Source of the DNA: an uncultured bacterium
GTDB lineage: Bacteria > Oederibacteriota > JAAXVQ01
Length of the DNA stretch: 64,000 nt
Reading direction: 5' to 3'
Assembly (NCBI GenBank): GCA_964604705.1
Contig: CAZSAP010000001.1
Coordinates: 363,500-427,499 of the forward strand
Both the position numbers and the translations under genes were made by a program. Positions 30,740 to 39,569 of this stretch are shown here, piece by piece (within the stretch, counting starts at the first letter, position 1; each line of letters begins with the position of its first letter). Below the pieces are notes generated by a model. It made no database searches. It had not been told where the DNA came from and saw only the letters and a list, made by a program, of their open reading frames with translations.

Positions 30740-30780
30740 CGCGAGGGCGGCCCTCCCCCGGCTGCTCTCGCGTTTTTTTT
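30740..30780 (+). terminator. Rho-independent terminator after glnK2 (also faces the convergent GNAT gene)
   Basis: GC-rich hairpin cgcgagggcggccctcccccggctgctctcgcg followed by T8. Confidence 0.65.
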
Positions 30781-31270
30781 AGGTATTTAATTTCAGGGCC
30801 AGAAAAATCCCCGCATGCTGATGTTCGTTGTAACGGGCCACGGGTTTGAAGCCATAGCGTTCAAACATAACAAGCGCGGATTTCTGTTCGTGGTGGAGCG
30901 CCACCAAAACTTCAAAATACTCCGCCTTACGGGCAAAGGTCAGAGCTTGATCAACCAACGCTTTCCCCCACTTACGTTTGCGAAATTCCGGCATGACGTA
31001 AAGCCTGCGTAACTCACATGTTTTTTTGGCCAAGGGCATGACCCCAACCATCCCAACCGCATGCGGTTGGCCCAAGGTTCGCACCAACCAGATCGATCCT
31101 CGCGGCGGCGCATAGATGTTCAGGGGCTGGGTGATGTCCTGATCCAGGGCATGAAACTCCGGAACCATATCCAATTCCTGAAAATACGTTTTCGTGAGTT
31201 TTATAAATTCCGACAGATTCTCGGGCGAAAGCACTTCCAATTTAAATTCCGGATTTTGCATGTTAGGCAT
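30779..31270 (-). CDS. GNAT-family N-acetyltransferase
   Basis: 163 aa. Acetyl-CoA-binding motif RRLYVMPEFRKRKWGKALV (the R/Q-x-x-G-x-G/A region). Confidence 0.75.
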   Translation of the reverse strand: MPNMQNPEFKLEVLSPENLSEFIKLTKTYFQELDMVPEFHALDQDITQPLNIYAPPRGSIWLVRTLGQPHAVGMVGVMPLAKKTCELRRLYVMPEFRKRKWGKALVDQALTFARKAEYFEVLVALHHEQKSALVMFERYGFKPVARYNEHQHAGIFLALKLNT

Positions 31271-32531
31271 TTCCCTTCTGTCGTGACATAAATGTGCGTA
31301 GGGTGCGAATCCGTTCCACCAGGGGTGGATGCGAGTAATGAAAGGCCGCGTACCAGGGATGTGGGTGCAAATTACTGAGGTTGTCTTTAAACAAACGAAT
31401 CAGCGCATCGGCCAGGGCGTCCGGGTCCCGGGTTATCTCTGCGGCAAACGCATCGGCTTCCCGTTCGTGCTTCCGGCTAAAATAGCAGCTTATGGGTTCG
31501 AAAAAAAAGGCGAGCACCGACCCGATGAAGAGCAGCCCCACCACATGGGCATAAAACGATCCGTGGTGCAGATGAAAGATGTCCGAGATCCAAGATGCAC
31601 GCAAGCCCCAGAAAGCGGCGTAGCACACACCCAAGGCTACGATTTCAGTAATCACCAAACGCTGCAAAATATGTTTCTTTTTCCAATGCCCCACTTCGTG
31701 CGCCAAGACTGCCAAGAGTTCGCGGGGAGCGGTTTGTTGGAGCAAGGTATCGAATAAGACAATGCGTTTCACCGGGCCAATGCCCGTAAAATAGGCATTG
31801 GTATGCTTGCTACGTTTGGAGGCATCGCTTTCAAACACACGGCTGACGCGCAAACCCGCCTTGGCCATCAAATCACGAATCGCCTCCACCAGTTCCGGTT
31901 GTTCCACAGGTTTAAATTTATTAAACAGCGGCTCAATAACATACGGTGATAGCAGCAGCATAATCAGCGAAAAAACAAAGAAGAAAACCCACACCCAGAG
32001 CCACCAGGTCTCAGGGAAACGTTGGATCAGGATCAAGCCGCCACCCAGCAGCACACCCATCAGTACCGAAGACAACACCAATGACTTTATGGTATCGGTT
32101 ACCCAAAGCCACGGTGTCATGGTGTTGAAACCAAAGCGTTGTTCAAGCCGGAAGGTCTGATACCACCCCAACGGAAGCCCAATCATGGTTGTCAAGATCA
32201 CCAGCCCCAGAAAATAAAAGATCCCTTGAACGACAAACGGCAACGCAGGAAAAGACATCCAGACATTGTACGCATCCCAAAGTCCACTGTAAAAAAAGAC
32301 GACGACACTGGCTGCGTTGAAAAGCGCAACCACGTTGGCAAACTTCATTTTGGCCAGAGTATAGGCTTGTGTCTTGGCCAAAAGCTCTGTCTGAACCACG
32401 GCCTCAAACCCTTCTGGAACGACCATCCCATAGCGTTCAAGATGCTTCCGGTTGAGATATTCCAGGACATACTCCACGGCCACCGTCAGAAGAAAGAACC
32501 CAAGTATCCACCACCGCCACGTTTCCAGCAT
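31263..32531 (-). CDS. M48-family zinc metalloprotease (Ste24/HtpX-like), membrane-embedded
   Basis: 422 aa. N-terminal TM helices. HEXXH in LAHEVGHWKKKH. Confidence 0.8.
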   Translation of the reverse strand: MLETWRWWILGFFLLTVAVEYVLEYLNRKHLERYGMVVPEGFEAVVQTELLAKTQAYTLAKMKFANVVALFNAASVVVFFYSGLWDAYNVWMSFPALPFVVQGIFYFLGLVILTTMIGLPLGWYQTFRLEQRFGFNTMTPWLWVTDTIKSLVLSSVLMGVLLGGGLILIQRFPETWWLWVWVFFFVFSLIMLLLSPYVIEPLFNKFKPVEQPELVEAIRDLMAKAGLRVSRVFESDASKRSKHTNAYFTGIGPVKRIVLFDTLLQQTAPRELLAVLAHEVGHWKKKHILQRLVITEIVALGVCYAAFWGLRASWISDIFHLHHGSFYAHVVGLLFIGSVLAFFFEPISCYFSRKHEREADAFAAEITRDPDALADALIRLFKDNLSNLHPHPWYAAFHYSHPPLVERIRTLRTFMSRQKGNA

Positions 32532-32616
32532 ACCACCTCAGAATCGAATCGTTTGCACGGGGTGGATCTCACCCACATGTTTCAGACTTATGTTTACGCT
32601 TGCCTAGGATCAAACG

Positions 32617-33399
32617 CTACCGGTCCTTTTTGGTCGGAGCCGGCGGAATGCTCTCACGCCCCAACTTCCTAAACCCTAAGTACCAATCCAAATTATAGTA
32701 GTCCTTCCCAGCGTTGTCTTGACGTTCTTTGGCAGACGAAAGCGTGTTCGGTACGGGAACAATCACATCTTCGCCCGGTTGCCAATCCGAAGGGGTGGAT
32801 ACCGAGTACGCATCGGCGGTTTGCAGCGCCACAATCATACGTTTTATTTCCATGAAATTCCTGCCCATGGAGGCCGGGTAAAACAACATGCTCCGGATAC
32901 GGCCTTTGGGATCCACAATAAAGAGCGCACTGTAAGTTCGCCCCTCGTCGGCCACACTGGGAAACAGGCCGTATTTTTTCAGAATCTCTATTTTGGGATC
33001 GGCCACCAACGGCATGGCGACATTGACCCCCTTCATGTTCTTATACACGATTTTCTCTTGCAAGGAACGCAGCCACGAGATGTGACTGGTCAAGCTGTCT
33101 CCGGAAATGCCCACCCAATCACAGTTAATGGATTTGAATTCCGGAGCCATGGCCGCAATGGTCAGCACTTCCGTGGTCGCCACCGGAGTAAAATCCGCCG
33201 AGTAGCTGAACAGAACGACCCATTTATTTTTGTAATCCTTAGGAAATGTAATCTTACCCTGTGTGGTATCGGCCGTAAACGCCGGGGCATCTTCCCCAAT
33301 CATCGGTGCGCGCAGCAGTTCTTCAGCCCAAAGACTCGAAGCGCCAAGGCCTAAAAACACACTCGCCAAGATTAAACGTCGGATACTTAATTTCAGCAT
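32617..33399 (-). CDS. Secreted peroxiredoxin-6-like (1-Cys Prx fold) protein with Ala in place of the peroxidatic Cys
   Basis: Start ATG at 33399 (GGGGGAG RBS). Signal peptide MLKLSIRRLILASVFLGLGASSLWA. Motif WVVLFSYSADFTPVATTEVLTIAAMAPEF corresponds to Prx6 DFTPVCTTE. The Ala codon is GCG at 33178-33180. Confidence 0.7.
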   Translation of the reverse strand: MLKLSIRRLILASVFLGLGASSLWAEELLRAPMIGEDAPAFTADTTQGKITFPKDYKNKWVVLFSYSADFTPVATTEVLTIAAMAPEFKSINCDWVGISGDSLTSHISWLRSLQEKIVYKNMKGVNVAMPLVADPKIEILKKYGLFPSVADEGRTYSALFIVDPKGRIRSMLFYPASMGRNFMEIKRMIVALQTADAYSVSTPSDWQPGEDVIVPVPNTLSSAKERQDNAGKDYYNLDWYLGFRKLGRESIPPAPTKKDR

Positions 33400-33518
33400 A
33401 CTCCCCCCCAAAAAGCCCTTTCGCACAAATGCGATGATTAGTTTAATTATCGGCACAGGTTTTGTCAAGCTGTGCTACAAAAACGATTTTACTGTTGCTT
33501 TGACCAAATACCACTCCT

Positions 33519-34724
33519 TTATTCCTCCAGCCGTGCTTCTTGGCATTTGGCATCCAAACACCGAACCACCTGGGGAATAAAAACCACAATCCCAACCAAC
33601 GAAAGCGCCGCCGAGGCCGCAAACGCCATGGAGAGCCCGTAATGCTTCCCCAGCCAGCCAATGCCCGGCCCTACAATAAAATACGCAAGGCGGAAGAGCC
33701 AGCTTTGGATGGACATAACCGTGGCGCGTTTGTCGCTGAAGGTTTCTTCATGAATATGCTTTCCCAAAATGGGAAAGGTTAAGCCTCTTAGCAAAGTGAC
33801 GCTGTAGGCACCCGCCAAGGCCCAGAACCCCGGCGCCCAGGCCAAAAAGAGATACCCCAACACCACGGGAATCGGCAACAGCCAGAGTATCCGGGTAGGT
33901 CCCACTTTGGCTTCCCATTTGTAGGCATAATGGCTGCCCAGCGCGGCGGGCAACGACAATGCGGCCCACAAGGCTCCGAAGAGCCAAACGGGCACATGTT
34001 TTTCTTGCCACAGGGGCTGGTACAGCCACACCCCCAACATGGTGCTTAGGCCACAGGCCGCCATGAGGGGAATCACCCAGCGCACAACCTTGCTTTTCAC
34101 AAACACAAACCGGGCGATTTTATACAAGCCGTACCAGGTCCCGCGCGGGTGACCGTTAAATACGCGATGCGGCTCATGAATGTTTAAGCATAAAACAAAG
34201 GCCACAAGCGCAGCCACTCCCGTGAGAAAAAAGGTCACCTCCAGCGGCAGCCACCCGGCCAGGAACCCTCCTGCCAGGGCCGAGACGCCTTCCCCCCAAT
34301 GATTGCCGGCGTATTGTTTGCCCTCCACCTGGGTGAACCGTTCGGTTTCCTTAAGTTCAATGAGGCTTTCGTACACCAAGGCCGTATCGGTTCCCGAGAG
34401 AAACCCAAAGGCCAAACCCAAATAAATTTCAGCAAAGACAAACTGGCCAAATGTATGCGCAAACGTGTAGAACATCCAGCCCGTGGCCGCAATGCCCGTA
34501 CTTAGCAACAGGGTTTTCTTCCGACCCAAACGGTCGCCAATGAACCCGGTGGGAACTTCAAACAGGAGCACCGAAACCGAAAAGATGGCCTGCAACCAAA
34601 AAACATCCAAAAGATCCAAGCCGTATTTGTTCCAATACAGCGTGATGATCGGAATGCAAAACATCATGGCAAAGAGAATGCGCACCCAGGCGATGATGGT
34701 TATGTTTTTTCGGTATAAATTCAT
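33519..34724 (-). CDS. MFS transporter
   Basis: 401 aa, 12 TM segments. MFS motif GDRLGRKKTLL after TM2. Confidence 0.8.
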   Translation of the reverse strand: MNLYRKNITIIAWVRILFAMMFCIPIITLYWNKYGLDLLDVFWLQAIFSVSVLLFEVPTGFIGDRLGRKKTLLLSTGIAATGWMFYTFAHTFGQFVFAEIYLGLAFGFLSGTDTALVYESLIELKETERFTQVEGKQYAGNHWGEGVSALAGGFLAGWLPLEVTFFLTGVAALVAFVLCLNIHEPHRVFNGHPRGTWYGLYKIARFVFVKSKVVRWVIPLMAACGLSTMLGVWLYQPLWQEKHVPVWLFGALWAALSLPAALGSHYAYKWEAKVGPTRILWLLPIPVVLGYLFLAWAPGFWALAGAYSVTLLRGLTFPILGKHIHEETFSDKRATVMSIQSWLFRLAYFIVGPGIGWLGKHYGLSMAFAASAALSLVGIVVFIPQVVRCLDAKCQEARLEE

Positions 34725-34785
34725 GTTATCACTCCTTCCTGACTGATTTGAGTATAGACGTACTGTGTCTCCTCGTGTGTACGGC

Positions 34786-35003
34786 CTCGGGCGGGCAAAT
34801 CTTTTCTTTTTTTACAAAATGCGTCGCTTATGCTTCGTCCCCGAAGGTCATCAACAATTTGACGCGTAACGTCCTCAAACGCGTTTTCGAACCAGGATGC
34901 GTCGGTAAAACGCTTTATGGTTATTATGGGTGGCCCTGGCATAGCCGCTGTCAGCGAGACATGAAGACGCATTTTGTAAAAAAAGAAAAGATTTGCCCGC
35001 CCG
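34786..35003. repeat. 39-bp perfect terminal inverted repeat flanking a 140-bp core (MITE-like or giant hairpin)
   Basis: Left arm tcgggcgggcaaatcttttctttttttacaaaatgcgtc (34786-34824) is the exact reverse complement of the right arm 34965-35003. It lies between the MFS and GH130 genes. Confidence 0.6.
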
Positions 35004-35129
35004 AAACCTCATTGCCGAATTCACCAGGTCTTACTCCAAGTCATCGGTCGTAAAAATAAAGAAGCGGAGCCCCGCTTACGCGAAACTCCGCCTGCCCCAC
35101 TGTTTCAGGTCCGCTGTGATTACCGCATG

Positions 35130-36353
35130 CTAGCGTTTCTGTCCTTGGGCATCAAAGGTCCGCACAAAATCAATCAGCGCCTGGTACCGCATGCGCGCCA
35201 CACCTACGCGTTCATCGGCGGCACCGTAACTGATCAACAAATCATCCCCGACTTTAATCAAGCCCGTGACAAAGACACACGGGGTTTTAAACTTGTTGGG
35301 CATCTCCCAGGGGTCCTGGGCAAACATCACACGTTCCGAGCAGCGGTGGGTGATTTTTGGGAAACCCTTCGCTTGTTCTTCCAAAATCATAAACGACTGG
35401 GTATACCCGACCACTGCATCTTGCTTGCCGTGGTAACACAAGAGCCATTCCTTCGCCGAGATCCGGATGGGCGGAGTGGAGGCCCCAATGCGGTCCCCTT
35501 CCCAAGGAAAGACCGGCGAGGCCACCAAGGTTTGGCTCTTGGTCTCGCTCCAAAGGGTCTTGAGACTCTCCGAGGCACAGATAAACATCGAGGGCAATTT
35601 TTCCGTAACCCCGGGATAGTTCGTGGGCACAAACGGACGGTGGAGGCTGACGTACTGCGGGCGTCCGTTGATCGTCAATTTTTCCGGAAACAACACCACA
35701 TCGCGGTCCTCACCGTATTGCGGATCGGTCAGGTGAATCACATATTGAAAGGCACGTTCGTATTCGCCCTTGGCCAAGAGCGCCAAATCCACTTTGTACA
35801 AGACATTAACCGTGACATTCTCCGAAGCGGCTTTGCCAAAGGGATTTTCCGCGGTCTTGATCCACAGCGGCGCACACTGCGAGGGTTCGTCATGAATCCA
35901 GTACGGACCCGGAGGCATCAAACGGCAGGCCACAATGACGTAGCACTGACCTTCCAAGAAAAACAAACGCGGGTCCTCAATGCAGCCGTTGGCATGATTG
36001 GTAACCGCTTCCCCGTCGCAGTTGCGAATGGTGACATCCTTGATCTCATACGCCAAGGCCGGGGCCAAGGCCGGTCGGGAAAAATCCGGAGTCCAGGTCC
36101 GGCCTTTATCCTCACTGTAGGCGTAGCCCAGGAAGATAGGATACGGCAGCGGCCGTCCGGGAATTTGCTTCTGCGGCCATGGACCTGTGGCGCGAAACAA
36201 CATATGGATGCGTCCGGTGTTCGGATCTTCGATCACCGCGGGGTTAAGCACCATCTCATCGGCCCAAGGTGAGCCTTTTTGCGGTTCCAACACCAGGGTG
36301 CGTGAGTGAATAAAGTCAATGGTCATGGGATTAAAGCTCCTTGAAAAAGTCAA
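35130..36353 (-). CDS. Glycoside hydrolase family 130-like (beta-mannoside phosphorylase/glycosidase family)
   Basis: 407 aa. VLNPAVIEDPNTGRIHMLFRATG, EDPRLFFLEGQCY and LFPEKLTINGRPQYVSLHRP match GH130 conserved blocks from memory. Confidence 0.6.
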   Translation of the reverse strand: MTFSRSFNPMTIDFIHSRTLVLEPQKGSPWADEMVLNPAVIEDPNTGRIHMLFRATGPWPQKQIPGRPLPYPIFLGYAYSEDKGRTWTPDFSRPALAPALAYEIKDVTIRNCDGEAVTNHANGCIEDPRLFFLEGQCYVIVACRLMPPGPYWIHDEPSQCAPLWIKTAENPFGKAASENVTVNVLYKVDLALLAKGEYERAFQYVIHLTDPQYGEDRDVVLFPEKLTINGRPQYVSLHRPFVPTNYPGVTEKLPSMFICASESLKTLWSETKSQTLVASPVFPWEGDRIGASTPPIRISAKEWLLCYHGKQDAVVGYTQSFMILEEQAKGFPKITHRCSERVMFAQDPWEMPNKFKTPCVFVTGLIKVGDDLLISYGAADERVGVARMRYQALIDFVRTFDAQGQKR

Positions 36354-36553
36354 AAGAATTGAGACAGATTAAGGGATTTGTCGGGTTTCGTCAAGCCTGG
36401 TTTTAGGCACCGCCTTTTTGCTTTGAAAACCTGTGCTTAGGGGCACCGATCGCATCCATGTATTCTAATAAAAGCATTCACTTCTGCCTTCTTAAGCCGA
36501 GACTTAAAGTATATCTTCACACACCCTGACTTTATTACCACCGGAGGCCATCC

Positions 36554-39493
36554 ATGTTTCACTTCGTACATAAAATCCTGCGTCTGTTTTCCCTTTTATG
36601 TCTGCTCGTCTTCACATCCGCCGTATCTCAGGCGACGACTTATACGGTCACCTCCGATGCCGACAGCGGCGCCGGTTCCTTACGTGATCAGTTGACCTTG
36701 GCCAACACCAACCCCGGAGCGGATATCATTGATTTTTCCGGTCCCATGTACATTACCGTAACCAGCGGGGCCTTGGCCGTCACCGACCGGGTCCGCCTCG
36801 ACGGCGGTGGCCAGGTGGTGCTTGCCAGTAACGGAAGCCTCATTGCACTGCGTCTGGTGGGAAGCAGCCAAGGCAGCACGATTACCGGCATGGCGTTTGT
36901 CAAGGCCACGGCCATGTACACGCCGGCGTTGGAAATCGCCACCAACAACAACCGTCTTTACGGCTGCCGCATCGGCACCGACTGGAACGACTCCCCAGGC
37001 TTGGGCAGCTATTATGGCTGCAGCGTCTATGGGTCGTTCAATGACATCGGCGGCTCCACTCCGGCCGAACGCAATGTTTTTGCGAACAACAGCATTGGCC
37101 TGCAAACCATGAACACCTGGTGTTGCCGCGTTCGCGGGAATTATTTCGGCCTAAATTCCTCAGGCACAGGTGCCCTGGCCAACATCTATGGGATTGTCGC
37201 CGATTACAATACCCGAGCAACATTGTTTGGAGGCGATCGCCTGGCCGGTGAGGGCAACGTGATAAGCGGCAACAGCGCCTACGGTGTTTATATGGACTCC
37301 ACGGCGTTTGGAAACACACTGTGCGGAAACATTGTTGGACTTACACCTGCCATGGACGCCCGCATAGCCAACCAGTTCGGCATTAGCGTCTACGGAGCCC
37401 GGGGCAACGCCTTCGGTTTGCCGGGCAGCGGTTATGAAAACATTATTTGCGGGAGCTCGGCAAATGGGTTGGAGCTCACGGGAAATGTAGGTTCCGAACC
37501 CGTTCCGCGCTACAACACCATCCGCAACAACTATATCGGTATCACCCCCAACGGAACCGTTTTCGCCAACGATCGCGGAATCTATTTAAACCACGTGGAA
37601 TACACCCTGATCGGAGGCGATTACCTGCTGCAACAGGGCAACCTTATCTCCGGCAATTACAACGAGGGGATTTACTTGTGCGACGGCAACAACAATTCCG
37701 TATGCGGCAATTCCATTGGCACCGATCCTACGGGCAACAACAGCGTACCCAATTCCTACGGGATCTATCTGGGCGGAGGCAGCGGCAACATCCTGGGCAA
37801 CACCTCCACCGGCAGCAGCGTGCTCGGCAACTTAATCTCAGGCAACAATTATCATGGTATATATCTGGATAAATACGTTTTCTCAGCGCCGTTGGTCAAC
37901 AACAGCATAGCCGGCAACCTCATAGGCATCAACCTGGCCAACAACGCGGCCCTGCCCAACGGACGTTCGGGCATCTATGTCAACAATGCAAGTTTTACCC
38001 GTATCGGTGGTCCGGGTGGAGATTTGCAAAACACCATTGCCGGCAATACCCATTACGGCATTGCCGTGGCCAACAGTTCGGATACAACCATCCAAAGCAA
38101 CTACCTTGGAACCGACACTACCGGCACACTGCAAATCAGCAACCAGTTAAACGCAATTCAAATCTCATCGTCCCCACGCACCTTGATCGGCGGCGTGGGC
38201 GGCAACCTCGGGAATCTCATTTGCGGTACCGGAGCCGCAGGCGTGGCCGGCATTTCCCTCAACAACAGCAGCGGCAACACCCTTGCAGGCAATGCCATCG
38301 GCGTGCTTTCCACGGGCGTTCCGGCCTCGCCCAGTTTTACCCATGCTGTTTTTCTGACCAACACCTGCACCGACTCCCTGATCGGCCAACCCACAGGCGG
38401 CCTCGGCAACCTGATGGCCGGCACCACGTACGGCATCACCCTTGGCAACCATACCTGCATTCGAAACTCGTTTTACTCCAACACCGTTTGTGCCTTCGGC
38501 ACCCAGGGTATCCAACTGCTCAGCGGAGCCAATGCCAGTAAAACCGCACCTGTGATTTCCACGGTCGGATTAAGCCTCGCGCAAGGCACGTCCGGCGCCA
38601 ACGACCACATCCAATTGTTCCTCTCCGATCGTGGCGCTGGGGTCAACGGAGGCAGCTTGCGCCTGGTGGGTGAAGGCTCGGCAGACGGCAGCGGCAATTG
38701 GTCCATTGGCGTTTCGGGCCTTCAATACGGCGACTATGTTTCAGCCCTAGCCACGAATGCATCCGGCAGCACTTCCGGCTTTAGCCTGAATTCGGTGGTC
38801 GCCTTGCCTCCGTCTCCCACGCCAAGCCGGACAACCACTTCCACAACCACCCCCACCCCCACGCTCACGGCGACGGTCACACCAACGCCCACAGCCTCCG
38901 CCAGTGCCTCTCCGTCTCCCACAGAAACCCTTACGGCCACAGCCACACCTACGGGCACAGCATCCCCCACGATCACCCCAACCCAAACCCCAACGTCCAC
39001 AGCGACCTTGACCCCAACCATTACCACCACCTACACGGTTTCCTGCACAGCCACGCCCACAAGCACCGTAACCTTCACCTGCACTCCCTCCTCCACCTTC
39101 ACGATCACCCTTACGCTCCCGCCAAGTTTCACGGCCACACATACAACAACACCTTATCCGACTGAAACGGCAACCCCTACGTCTTCCCTCACACCCACCA
39201 TCACCTCCACGCTCACGGCGCAAACTGTAGTACTCTCTCCCTGGGTAGGTACTGCTTTCCCCAATCCCGCACGAGGGCAAGTTAAATTTATTTTACCCGC
39301 GGCCTTGGCCAGCGAAATAACGGTTTACAATCTTTCCGGCGAGCGGATTGCAAGCGTGCGTGAAAACCAAGCTTATACCGAACCCCATATCATCGTCTGG
39401 GATTGTACCGGCATAGCCCCAGGCATCTATGTGGCTGAAGTGAAGGTGGATGGAAAATGCGTCAAACGCATTAAATTTGCATTAGTCAAATAG
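36554..39493 (+). CDS. Secreted CSLREA-motif beta-helix protein with long Thr/Pro linker and T9SS-type C-terminal domain (cargo H; the only plus-strand member)
   Basis: 979 aa. MFHFVHKILRLFSLLCLLVFTSAVSQATTYTVTSDADSGAGSLRDQLTLAN. More than 25 GN..G beta-helix turns. A ~180-aa T/P/S linker. C-terminus ...GIAPGIYVAEVKVDGKCVKRIKFALVK. Confidence 0.8.
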   Translation: MFHFVHKILRLFSLLCLLVFTSAVSQATTYTVTSDADSGAGSLRDQLTLANTNPGADIIDFSGPMYITVTSGALAVTDRVRLDGGGQVVLASNGSLIALRLVGSSQGSTITGMAFVKATAMYTPALEIATNNNRLYGCRIGTDWNDSPGLGSYYGCSVYGSFNDIGGSTPAERNVFANNSIGLQTMNTWCCRVRGNYFGLNSSGTGALANIYGIVADYNTRATLFGGDRLAGEGNVISGNSAYGVYMDSTAFGNTLCGNIVGLTPAMDARIANQFGISVYGARGNAFGLPGSGYENIICGSSANGLELTGNVGSEPVPRYNTIRNNYIGITPNGTVFANDRGIYLNHVEYTLIGGDYLLQQGNLISGNYNEGIYLCDGNNNSVCGNSIGTDPTGNNSVPNSYGIYLGGGSGNILGNTSTGSSVLGNLISGNNYHGIYLDKYVFSAPLVNNSIAGNLIGINLANNAALPNGRSGIYVNNASFTRIGGPGGDLQNTIAGNTHYGIAVANSSDTTIQSNYLGTDTTGTLQISNQLNAIQISSSPRTLIGGVGGNLGNLICGTGAAGVAGISLNNSSGNTLAGNAIGVLSTGVPASPSFTHAVFLTNTCTDSLIGQPTGGLGNLMAGTTYGITLGNHTCIRNSFYSNTVCAFGTQGIQLLSGANASKTAPVISTVGLSLAQGTSGANDHIQLFLSDRGAGVNGGSLRLVGEGSADGSGNWSIGVSGLQYGDYVSALATNASGSTSGFSLNSVVALPPSPTPSRTTTSTTTPTPTLTATVTPTPTASASASPSPTETLTATATPTGTASPTITPTQTPTSTATLTPTITTTYTVSCTATPTSTVTFTCTPSSTFTITLTLPPSFTATHTTTPYPTETATPTSSLTPTITSTLTAQTVVLSPWVGTAFPNPARGQVKFILPAALASEITVYNLSGERIASVRENQAYTEPHIIVWDCTGIAPGIYVAEVKVDGKCVKRIKFALVK

Positions 39494-39569
39494 CAAAATA
39501 CAAATGCAGCCGACGTCTCCAAGCTTTGCTTTACCAATGGCCTAAACCCGGTTACAATGGGCGCACGTA

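Noticed and set aside
35127-36272. 381-aa plus-strand ORF (Arg/Gly/Pro-rich)
   Set aside because: It is antisense to the GH130-like gene and its composition is typical of GC-rich antisense frames.
36420-36470. AGGCAC...TTTTGC and GGCACCGATCGCA sigma-54-like strings upstream of cargo gene H
   Set aside because: GG-to-GC spacing is 12 or 8 rather than 10.
38734-39280. Minus-strand Gly/Arg/Cys-rich and Val/Gly-rich ORFs
   Set aside because: They are antisense to the Thr/Pro linker of cargo gene H.
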